Origin: a virus
Taxonomy: Duplodnaviria > Heunggongvirae > Uroviricota > Caudoviricetes
Virus record (IMG/VR): IMGVR_UViG_3300010396_000001
Span: 132,320-160,709 of that record
Direction: 5' to 3' (one strand)
DNA length: 28,390 bases
Positions 14,847 through 22,900 of this stretch are shown here, one piece after another (the first letter of the stretch is position 1; each line of letters starts with the position of its first letter). The position numbers were made by a program, and so were the translations under genes. Under the pieces are notes generated by a model. The model searched no databases, was not told the origin of the DNA, and saw only the letters and a list, made by a program, of their open reading frames with translations.

Positions 14847-15060
14847 CATGCTTGCGACCATTACCGGCCATCATCCCGCAGCAGGCGGCCTGGATGAGCG
14901 GATCGAGACAGCACACCAGGAAGTCGCCGAGGCTGCTGACCGGCTGGAGGCGGCCAAGAGGGAAGCCCGTCAGGCGCGCACCTATATCAATGAGAACCGG
15001 TTCGCTGCGCTGATCGCGGATTCACTGGGCATACAGCATCCCCGGCACAATTCTCACTGA
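14818..15060 (+). CDS. Small helical protein of the type found beside actinophage holins
   Basis: Coiled-coil then INENRFAALIADSLG (the NxF motif is recalled for such proteins); lies between two membrane genes. Confidence 0.65.
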   Translation: MSRHHGKIRNMLATITGHHPAAGGLDERIETAHQEVAEAADRLEAAKREARQARTYINENRFAALIADSLGIQHPRHNSH

Positions 15061-15110
15061 CTGTCTCTACCGCCCGGTACGATCTTCCCGGGAAGTATCA
15101 GGGAGGGGTC

Positions 15111-15605
15111 GTGATGATGGAGAACTCTGCAAAGCCGCGCGGACGTGCTCGCGCAATTTGGCGCGTGGCCTGGGCTCCGGGAATGAACCGGTCCTGGGTC
15201 ATTATCGGTGTTCTTATCGTCGCCTGGATCGTGTGCGGGTTTTTCCTTGACCGCACGCAGTTCGGGCCGGACCTGTATAATGTTTCCATTGTAGCGCTTC
15301 CGGCAGCAGCCCTGCTGTTCAGCCTGGAATACACGGTGATGGGATTCCGGGGATCAGCCAAGTGGTGGACGAATGACCTCGGCACCACGATCGTGATGAA
15401 GGACGTTGCCATCATCACCTCGAATATCGTCCTGGCCTGGGCCCAGCTGTTTAACCATGGCCTGATTGATACCCCGCTGCCTGCATGGATTTACGTCGGC
15501 GGCGTTACCGGGGCGGTGCTCATCCTGGTCTGGCGCATCCTGGTCTGGCTGCGCGTTTACCGCCAGGAGCGGATATCGGGCCGTCAGCCGGACGGCGGCG
15601 CCTGA
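15111..15605 (+). CDS. Multi-pass membrane protein, putative holin
   Basis: GGAGG RBS; about four hydrophobic segments, KWWTNDLGTTIVM loop and basic C-terminus WRILVWLRVYRQER. Confidence 0.62.
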   Translation: MMMENSAKPRGRARAIWRVAWAPGMNRSWVIIGVLIVAWIVCGFFLDRTQFGPDLYNVSIVALPAAALLFSLEYTVMGFRGSAKWWTNDLGTTIVMKDVAIITSNIVLAWAQLFNHGLIDTPLPAWIYVGGVTGAVLILVWRILVWLRVYRQERISGRQPDGGA

Positions 15606-15805
15606 TAAAGCTGCCGGCGCGCATCAAGCCACGCCTGGTAAGCCGTGTCGGCCACGGCCCTTGCCCGGAACGCCGCCCCGTAGGCCCGTCCCGCGGCCGG
15701 GGCGAAGCCGCCGGCCTGCATGATCTGCGCCCAGGTGACGAAAAGCTGCCGGGCTTGCGCCTCCGCTGCGGTGTAAGCGCTCCACAGGGCGTCGATCTCG
15801 GCCAT
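15584..15805 (-). CDS. Small helical protein, LW..AY...APP module copy A
   Basis: GAGAGAG RBS; clear paralogy with the adjacent gene and with the C-terminus of 16924-18465. Confidence 0.85.
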   Translation of the reverse strand: MAEIDALWSAYTAAEAQARQLFVTWAQIMQAGGFAPAAGRAYGAAFRARAVADTAYQAWLDARRQLYQAPPSG

Positions 15806-15816
15806 CGCGTGCTCTC

Positions 15817-16053
15817 TCAGCTCGGCGGCGCATTGTAGATCTGCTGGTAAAACGTCATCCAGGCGTCATAGGCGTCTCCGGCTGCGATCTGCGCCTGGTA
15901 AGCCGCCGAGAAGGCCGAGGCGCTGCGCCAGGAATGGCCGCCGAGCGTCGTCATGTGCTCTTCCCACTTGCGGCTCAGCTGGCTCGCGGTGGCCTGAGCC
16001 TGCTGGTAGGCAGCCCACAGGGTGCCGAGATCAGCGTCTGTCAGCTGGGCCAT
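15817..16053 (-). CDS. Small helical protein, LW..AY...APP module copy B
   Basis: ATG at 16053 with GGGAG RBS; paralogous to copy A. Confidence 0.85.
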   Translation of the reverse strand: MAQLTDADLGTLWAAYQQAQATASQLSRKWEEHMTTLGGHSWRSASAFSAAYQAQIAAGDAYDAWMTFYQQIYNAPPS

Positions 16054-16121
16054 GAGTTTCTCCCGGGAGCGCATGGCTTCCCTGGAAGAGGCGAGACCAC
16101 CACGTCCTGGGGAGGGCCCCG

Positions 16122-16445
16122 ATGACAGAGCAGCCGGCAGGCGGCCGGGATGTCCTGGCTGAGCTGGACTCGCTGGGCGAGTACCTCCTCGCCCTGATCG
16201 GCGACAATCCGCAGCCGGGCCAGGACGCCAACAAGACCGACCTCGTATCCCGGCTGTTCCACCTCAAGACGGTGGCGCAGAACATCAGCGAGCTGCACGC
16301 GGTTTATGCCTCCGGCGTCACGCACGACCAGCTGGTACGCCGCAGCCGGGGCATGAGCGAGGCCGACACCGCTGCGCAGGAGCGCATCGCCGAACTGGAA
16401 CGCCAGCTTGCCGAGGCCCGAGGGAGTGCCAGTGCCCAGGTATAA
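16122..16445 (+). CDS. Hypothetical helical/coiled-coil protein
   Basis: GGGGAGG RBS; 107-aa ORF overlapping the next start. Confidence 0.75.
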   Translation: MTEQPAGGRDVLAELDSLGEYLLALIGDNPQPGQDANKTDLVSRLFHLKTVAQNISELHAVYASGVTHDQLVRRSRGMSEADTAAQERIAELERQLAEARGSASAQV

Positions 16446-16923
16446 CGCCCAGTGGCAGACGGCTGCCGCCCTGGCGAGTAACAGCGTGCTGGCCTGGATG
16501 GGCTTCACCGTGGTCCCCGCCCGGCTACGCCGGTGCACGATCGGCGTCGCGAACTCCGGCGGCACGATCACCAGCATGCAGTGCCAGGTGGGCCTGAACC
16601 TTGCCACCACCGGCAGTCCGGCCACTCCGGTGAACGTCACCTCGAACAACATGGCGCCGTTCGGCGGCACGCCAGTAGCCTCGACGAACAAGCTGATCAG
16701 CGCCTGGACCACGGCGCCGACGCTGGGTGCGCAGACCACCGACGCCTACACGATCACCTTCAATGACCAGCTGATGGGCGACCTGCCCTGGGAGCTGCTG
16801 GAGGAGTTCTGGTTCTCGGGAGCGGGCCTGGCCGCCAATGGCGGCATCGCCTTCGTGAACCGCAGCGGCGCCGCACTGCCCGGCTCGCACTACTTCACCA
16901 TCGCGGTGGAATGGGAAGAGTAA
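16432..16923 (+). CDS. Beta-rich protein, possibly virion structural
   Basis: GTG at 16432 after GGGAG; Thr/Ala/Gly/Asn-rich alternating beta pattern, ends in YFTIAVEWEE. Confidence 0.75.
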   Translation: MPRYNAQWQTAAALASNSVLAWMGFTVVPARLRRCTIGVANSGGTITSMQCQVGLNLATTGSPATPVNVTSNNMAPFGGTPVASTNKLISAWTTAPTLGAQTTDAYTITFNDQLMGDLPWELLEEFWFSGAGLAANGGIAFVNRSGAALPGSHYFTIAVEWEE

Positions 16924-18465
16924 TCAGTTCGTCGGAGGCGCCGGGTACAGCGCCTTTCTGGCGTCATCCCAGGCCTTCCAGGCTGCGTCCTTAGCCTGAT
17001 CCGCGGTATACAGCTGCGCGTAGATCGAGCCGGCCGTCCCGTCGGTCCGGGCGGCCGAGGCGATCATGCGCCAGTTGCGCTCCAGCTGCGCATGGCGCTC
17101 AGCTGCCGCCAGGTAAGCGATCCACAGAGTCGCCAGGTTGGTCTGGGCTGGCGCTGCAGTCGCGGTCAGCACCGAGGGAGCCGACAGGGCGGCCTGCGCC
17201 AGGGCAGCGCACACGGCGCTCGCCGTCAGCACCGACGAGGCGCTCAGGGCAGCCGAGCCGAAGACCGTGGCCGGGCCCGCCGGAGGCGGCGGGGGAAGCT
17301 GCGCCGGCCGGGTCTTCCTGAAGGCCAGCGACGGGCGCCGCTTCGGCGCCAGCAGGGTGATCCGGGCGAGGAGTCCCCGGTAAAGCCGCGAGCGTGACGA
17401 TATGACCTGCGGGCGCCCGGCGCGCCGCATGCCGGGCGGGAGTGCTGCCGGTGGCGGGACGCGCCGCAGGACCCGGCGCTCCCCCTTCGCAGCCAGCCGG
17501 GATGCCCGGCGCCCGGTCACGCCATGGGAAACCGCTGCCGGCAGGATGACGGCCGCGGGCACCGCCTGCTGCGTCCGGCTGCGGACCGGGGAGGACGCGG
17601 GCCGGCGCCGGGACACTGGGGCGCGCAGGATGACGGCCGCGGGCACGGCAAGCACCGGCGGGCGCCCGGGCTCTCGCGTGCGCCGCAGGTCCGCGGTGCG
17701 CAGCGGCAGCCGCCGCGCCTGGGGCAGCACGGGGACCACCAGGGAGCCCTGCAGCTGCGGCCTGCGGATCCTGGAGACAGCCGATGCCGTGCGAGGCCGC
17801 TGCGCCTGCGGGACGAGCGTCACCGTGGCGTTTCCCGGCGCGATGGCCATGCACAGGCCTATCCACTCGCCGGCGCTTCCCTGTGTTCCCGAGAAGGTGA
17901 ACGTGCCCGTGGACGAGCTGATCTGGTAGCCCAGGACGCTGTTGTTGGCGGCGCTGAGTCCCTGGCTGGTCCAGGGAGCGCCCGGGAGCGTGGGCAGGCC
18001 GTTGAACTGGACCAGCAGCCCGAGGATGAACTCGGCCAGCTGAGTGGTGAGGGAAGTGGGCCCGGAGGAGACCGCGGTGCTGTTGCCGGTGGCGATGCCC
18101 GCGGTGCCGTCCAGGAAGGGCGAGCTGCCCAGGCCCGATACCTCGGCATACATCAGGCCGACGACCGCAGCCAGGGACCCGTTGGGCACGGAGATCGACA
18201 CGGCGCTCTGGCCGCCCGCGATGGACGGCTTCATCCAGGCTGCGCCGTAGACCTCGTTGCTGCTGTAGCCCGACAGCTCGGCAGCCGGGTTCGTCCAGCC
18301 GGTGGTCACGCCGCCCAGGGACGGACCGGAGGAGCTGATCGCGACATTGGAGGTAGAGAAGCTGGTGGGCAGCAGGAACAGCGTGTTGCCTGCGCCGGTT
18401 GCCTGCGAGAGGCTGCCGGAGAAGGCATTGGGGATCGACCCCGACTGCACTACGGCGATCGCCAC
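16924..18465 (-). CDS. Chimeric protein: Ser/Gly/Thr-rich beta domain, Arg/Pro-rich linker, LSAxSVLTA repeats, LW..AY...APP module copy C
   Basis: AGGAGG RBS (18471-18476); the N-terminal ~210 aa resemble virion fibre/decoration beta domains; the C-terminal ~73 aa are paralogous to copies A and B. Confidence 0.85.
   Translation of the reverse strand: MAIAVVQSGSIPNAFSGSLSQATGAGNTLFLLPTSFSTSNVAISSSGPSLGGVTTGWTNPAAELSGYSSNEVYGAAWMKPSIAGGQSAVSISVPNGSLAAVVGLMYAEVSGLGSSPFLDGTAGIATGNSTAVSSGPTSLTTQLAEFILGLLVQFNGLPTLPGAPWTSQGLSAANNSVLGYQISSSTGTFTFSGTQGSAGEWIGLCMAIAPGNATVTLVPQAQRPRTASAVSRIRRPQLQGSLVVPVLPQARRLPLRTADLRRTREPGRPPVLAVPAAVILRAPVSRRRPASSPVRSRTQQAVPAAVILPAAVSHGVTGRRASRLAAKGERRVLRRVPPPAALPPGMRRAGRPQVISSRSRLYRGLLARITLLAPKRRPSLAFRKTRPAQLPPPPPAGPATVFGSAALSASSVLTASAVCAALAQAALSAPSVLTATAAPAQTNLATLWIAYLAAAERHAQLERNWRMIASAARTDGTAGSIYAQLYTADQAKDAAWKAWDDARKALYPAPPTN
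17541..17646. repeat. 22-bp direct repeat GCAGGATGACGGCCGCGGGCAC, 84-bp period
   Basis: Copies at 17541-17562 and 17625-17646; encodes VPAAVIL twice. Confidence 0.9.
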
Positions 18466-18515
18466 GTGACCCTCCTCTGCTTCTGATTACCGAAGGCAGC
18501 ATGCAGGGTTTCCGG

Positions 18516-18545
18516 TTGACGTTATGCAAGAAACCTTGATAGTGT
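18516..18545 (+). promoter_or_regulatory. Sigma70/HrdB-type promoter P3 with palindromic spacer box; predicted leaderless transcript
   Basis: TTGACG-N18-TAGTGT with TG extension; spacer contains CAAGAAACCTTG (18527-18538); ATG 18552 lies 7 nt after the -10. Confidence 0.82.
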
Positions 18546-18551
18546 TTTGGC

Positions 18552-19133
18552 ATGAGCAGCGGACAGGCAGGGGCGGTCATGAATCAGCGGATGGCTAGCG
18601 ATGACCTGATGACCGAGATCAGCCAGCTGGCTGCCGAGCGGCAGCACGTGCTGACTGCCGACATGACCGGATCGAGGCGCCTGACCCTGGCCAGCGCGCT
18701 GAGCGTGCGGTCCCACCTGCAGGGGCGCCCGGCCCGCCACCCTGCCCAGGAACCTGCCCCGGCTCCGGTGCGCAGTGCCCCGGCCGACGGTTCTCTTCCT
18801 CCCGTCACGGCCTTCCGGCACGTGCCGCCTGGCCGGTACGCCGTCGAGAGCCGGACCGGGAACAACGACCTGGACTTCTTCGAGGTGCGCCGGCCCGAGG
18901 AGGGCAAGTGGGCGGGCTACACCTTCGTCGAGCGGATCATCGGCGGCCATGACAACGCGCCGGTCCGCGGCATTGCCGCCCGGCGGGCACTGCAGGCCAT
19001 CGTGCGCGCGGGGTTCGATGAGTCCAGGCTGCGGGCCGCTCAGGAGCTGGGGCTGTGCAAGGAGTGCGGGCGCCACCTGACCGATGAGGAGTCGCGACTG
19101 GCGGGCATGGGGCCCTACTGCAGGAACAAGTAA
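18552..19133 (+). CDS. DUF6011-type zinc-finger protein
   Basis: C-terminal CKECGRHLTDEESRLAGMGPYC, preceded by GRYAV...LDFFEV...GKWAGYTFV, typical of this actinophage family. Confidence 0.8.
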   Translation: MSSGQAGAVMNQRMASDDLMTEISQLAAERQHVLTADMTGSRRLTLASALSVRSHLQGRPARHPAQEPAPAPVRSAPADGSLPPVTAFRHVPPGRYAVESRTGNNDLDFFEVRRPEEGKWAGYTFVERIIGGHDNAPVRGIAARRALQAIVRAGFDESRLRAAQELGLCKECGRHLTDEESRLAGMGPYCRNK

Positions 19134-19141
19134 CGACCACC

Positions 19142-19167
19142 GCGGGGCAGCCGGAGCGCTGCCCCGC
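19142..19167 (+). terminator. GC-rich hairpin, probable intrinsic terminator
   Basis: GCGGGGCAGC-N6-GCTGCCCCGC, a perfect 10-bp stem 8 nt after the stop codon; no U-tract. Confidence 0.65.
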
Positions 19168-19187
19168 TGTCATGCGGGAAGGCAACC

Positions 19188-19934
19188 ATGAACTACAACG
19201 AGCCCTGGCTGTATGCCGTGATCGCCGGGCTGTTCCTGGTCCTGGTGCTCCTGGAGCGCCTCGGCCCGGTCAGCATCCGGCAGGAGATCACCAGCCGCCT
19301 GCAGCACCTGCATCATTCTCAGGAACGCCTGGTCGTTATCCACGAAACGGATGCTGAGCCTGCCCCGGAGCCCCCGGCGGTCCGGATCCTGCCGGGGCCC
19401 GGTTACGTGCTGCCTCCTGCCGCCCCGGCGGTCCCCGGTCACGAGCCCCTGCTGATGCCATCGCAGCCGACCGGCAAGCCCACCCTGCTGTCGGACGAGG
19501 CCCGCACGGAGCAGCTGGCGTCTCTTCGCGCCGACTGCGAGTACTGCGGCGAGGACCACGTCGGCGACTGCGAGAAGAGCCTCCTGGCCCGGGCGCTGCG
19601 CAAGCGCGGTGTCCAGCCCGGCTCGATCGCCTTCGAGAAGGCGCTCGGCCGCCCGGCGCCTCCTGGCGCCGAGGATACGATTCCGGACATGAAGCAGCCT
19701 CCTGAGCCCCGGCCCCCTGTCCGGGTGCGCCCCGGCGAGCAGGTCCGGATCGAGCTGCCGCCGCCGCCCGCCATCCCGGAGATCGATCTCCTGGGTGATT
19801 ACGACCCGGACTCAGTGGCCGCCCGGATCAGGGCCGCTTACGAGCGTGCCGAGGCTGACCAGCAGCTGCGGATCGACGAGGCGGCGCAGCTGAGCCGCCA
19901 GGTCTGGGCAGCGGAGCACCCGCCAGCAGGCTGA
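19188..19934 (+). CDS. N-terminally membrane-anchored Pro-rich protein with CxxC-x3-H-x3-C motif
   Basis: WLYAVIAGLFLVLVLL transmembrane segment; CEYCGEDHVGDC; GGAAGG RBS. Confidence 0.78.
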   Translation: MNYNEPWLYAVIAGLFLVLVLLERLGPVSIRQEITSRLQHLHHSQERLVVIHETDAEPAPEPPAVRILPGPGYVLPPAAPAVPGHEPLLMPSQPTGKPTLLSDEARTEQLASLRADCEYCGEDHVGDCEKSLLARALRKRGVQPGSIAFEKALGRPAPPGAEDTIPDMKQPPEPRPPVRVRPGEQVRIELPPPPAIPEIDLLGDYDPDSVAARIRAAYERAEADQQLRIDEAAQLSRQVWAAEHPPAG

Positions 19935-19973
19935 TCCTCTCGCGGCATGCAGGGAAGCCTAGAGGAGGCCCGG

Positions 19974-22900
19974 ATGCTGCGGAAGTACGCCAGTCTTGCT
20001 GTCCTGGATGCCTGGCAGGTCCCGGCGCGGCCGGGGCCTGCCTCGCTGCGCAAGACCGCTCACCGGGTGGACTTCGAGTACACCCCGCGGCCGGGCTACC
20101 TGTACGTGCGCTCGCGGGCGATCTCCAGCCGGGCCAACGACAACCACGACGAGTTCCCGGCCGCCGAGATCGAGAAGTCCTACAAGACCTTCCTCGGCAA
20201 GCCGGTCTTCGTCAACCACCACAACGCCAACCACCGCCGGGCCCGCGGCGTGATCGTCGCGGTCGCCCTGCACCGTGACCGCAACCCGGACGGCACTCCC
20301 GACACCTGGGCCGAGGTCCTGCAGGAGATCGACGCGCGCCGCTTCCCCAAGCTGGCCCAGGCCATTCTGGCCGGCCGGGTGGACCGCACCTCCATGGGCG
20401 TGGACGTCGAGGAGTCGCAGTGCACTGCCTGCGGCAACAAGGCCACCGACCCGGCTCAGTACTGCCGTCACCTGCCCGCCCTGAAGGGCCAGAAGATCCG
20501 CAGGCGCGGCAGCGACGGCAAGCTCCGCGAGGAGATCATCCGCGAGATCTGCCGGGGCCTGTCCTTCTTCGAGAACAGCCTGCTGGTCGAGGAGCCCGCT
20601 GACCCGACGGCCTACGTGCTCGGCACCCCTGATGACCGCGGCCTGAAGATGACCGCGGCGGCCCTGCCGAAGAGCCTGCGGTTCCGGTTCATGCACGCCA
20701 GCGAGACCATGTCCGGGTCCCACGAGCTGACTGCGCACGTGCCCGGCCGGGACAAGCCGGTCGGCGAGATCAAGTGGCACCCCGCCAGCGGCGCCGTGGA
20801 CCTTGTCGGCACCCATCCCTCTTATCAGGGCCGCGGGCTGGCCACCCACCTGTGGAACCGGGCTCACGAGATCTCGGCCGAGCGCGGCTTCCCGTTTCCC
20901 CGGCACACCGGCAGCGAGCCCGGAGACGCACCGGGCGTCCAGACCCCGGAGGGCGCCCAGTGGGCCCGGCACGCTCCTAACCCCGGCTACGTGCACGGCC
21001 AGGAGCCGATGATCCCCCGCCAGCGGGGCAACCAGACCCGCGACATCCGGCCCGAGCTGATCGACCCGGCCGCGACCGACATGGCCGAGCACATGATCAG
21101 CGACCACGGGTTCTACGACTCGGCCAGCCGGATCCGGGCCTCAGATCCTGAGGCCGTCGCAGCCATGCATGACGCCCAGCATGCCGGGCCCGTCCGGCGC
21201 CCGCACCGTCACGCGGCACTGCCGCCGCACGTCAACTGGGACGCCGTCACCGGCCTGCAGCATGTCGTTCCCGTGACATTCAGCGGCGACTCGTCAGAGC
21301 CCTATGAGTTCCCGATGGGCAGCCCGCATACTCACGACGTCTGCCGCGATCACCTTCCCTCAGTAATGTCGCTGCCGGAAGGCGAGGCGCGGATTCACCC
21401 GGAGAACCCGCGCCGGGGAACCTGCGTTTACTGCGGGCGCGGCCCCGAGGGCATCATCGGCAATCCCCAGAACCTGGACGTGCCGAGCCGCGAGGGCGGC
21501 GGCACTTATCCTTATTCTCAGCGTCACCTGCCGGAGATGCTGCGCCAGCTAGGAGAAGGTCAGCACGACTTGAGCCCCTACGACCCGCACAACCCGAAGT
21601 TTGATTACCATTCGGGAATCGACCAGCGGCTGCCCTACCGCATGAACTCGCTGCGCCGCGAGGCGATCACGGGCGAGGAGGCGGAGCCTGGCCACAGCAT
21701 CTGGGCCGTCCCGAACGGCGAGAGCCCGGCCGCCGACGAGGTCTACCAGAACATGCACACCCGCGATCCGGGCGAGCACGGCGAGGGCTGGTACAAGGGC
21801 ACGGCCTATCACGGGCCGTACCACATCATCCGGCACCCCGAGACCCGGTCCACCCACGTGGTGGACGCCCGCGGCCGGGACACCCGGCCCGGCAGCCCCG
21901 GCGGCTACGGCAACTGGGAGCGCGACGGCAACTGGGGCGAGAGCGCCGCCGAGGACCACTGGCGCGGCCTGGAGTCAGTCGGCCCCGACCACGCCCGGAC
22001 CGGCACTCACGAGGATCCCTCGTACGCCCTGCAGAAGGAGCGCACCCCAGCCTTCCCGCACTCGCGCATCGATCCCGAGGACCTGCGCCGGGCCGAGCGC
22101 CCGGACGCCCGCGTGCACAAGCCGGAAGGGCACAGTCCGGAGGATGAGTGGCACGGGCCCTATGAGGTCGTGAGGCACCCGGAGACCAGCAGGTTCCACG
22201 TGGTGGACAACGCCGGGCGCGTTGCCCCCCATGGGTGGCAGGGACACCCGACGCAGATGGGAGCAGAGCGCTCTCGCGATTACACTGACCGCCGCCAGCA
22301 GTCCAAGGACCGGGCCAAGGGCATCGCCGGCGCCATGTGGGAGGGCATGCAGCAGGTCTTCGACCCCGGCTCGACCCCCGACAGCCGGCAGTCCGACAGG
22401 AACCTGGCCGAGGGTCAGGAGCTGATGACCCGCTATGCGGGCGGGCGCGGGCGCGTGAAATTCGACCCGGATGAAGATGGCGGCGCGCCCTACTATCACC
22501 GCGAGCACTACCTGCCGAACGGGAATGAGTCCGGCTGGTACGTAAAGCATTACGGCGGCGCTCACGCGGACATTTATCATCACGCCACGGGTGATGAATC
22601 GGGTCATGACATGATCCGATTCCCCGAGCATCCTGATGACGAGAACTCAATGGCGCCGCGGATTCACCCGGACTTCGACGACATCAGCATGGGCAAGGCG
22701 CTGAAGGACTGGCACGACGACACCGAGGCCGGGGCACGCCGGCACTGGGAGGACGCGAGCCCCGGCTATGGCGGTCATCCGGTCGGGGACGCCCGGATCA
22801 TCCGCTGGAAGCGGCGCTACCCCAACGGGCGCCCTCCCCGCCCGCAGCAGCACGAGGGCGCCCGCTACGAGAGCCCGGCCGACCACCCGTTCTTTCAGGC

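Noticed and set aside
16077-16926. Invertible segment carrying the two plus-strand genes between modules B and C
   Set aside because: No inverted repeats at the ends (only a short direct GGAAGAG) and no recombinase in the window.
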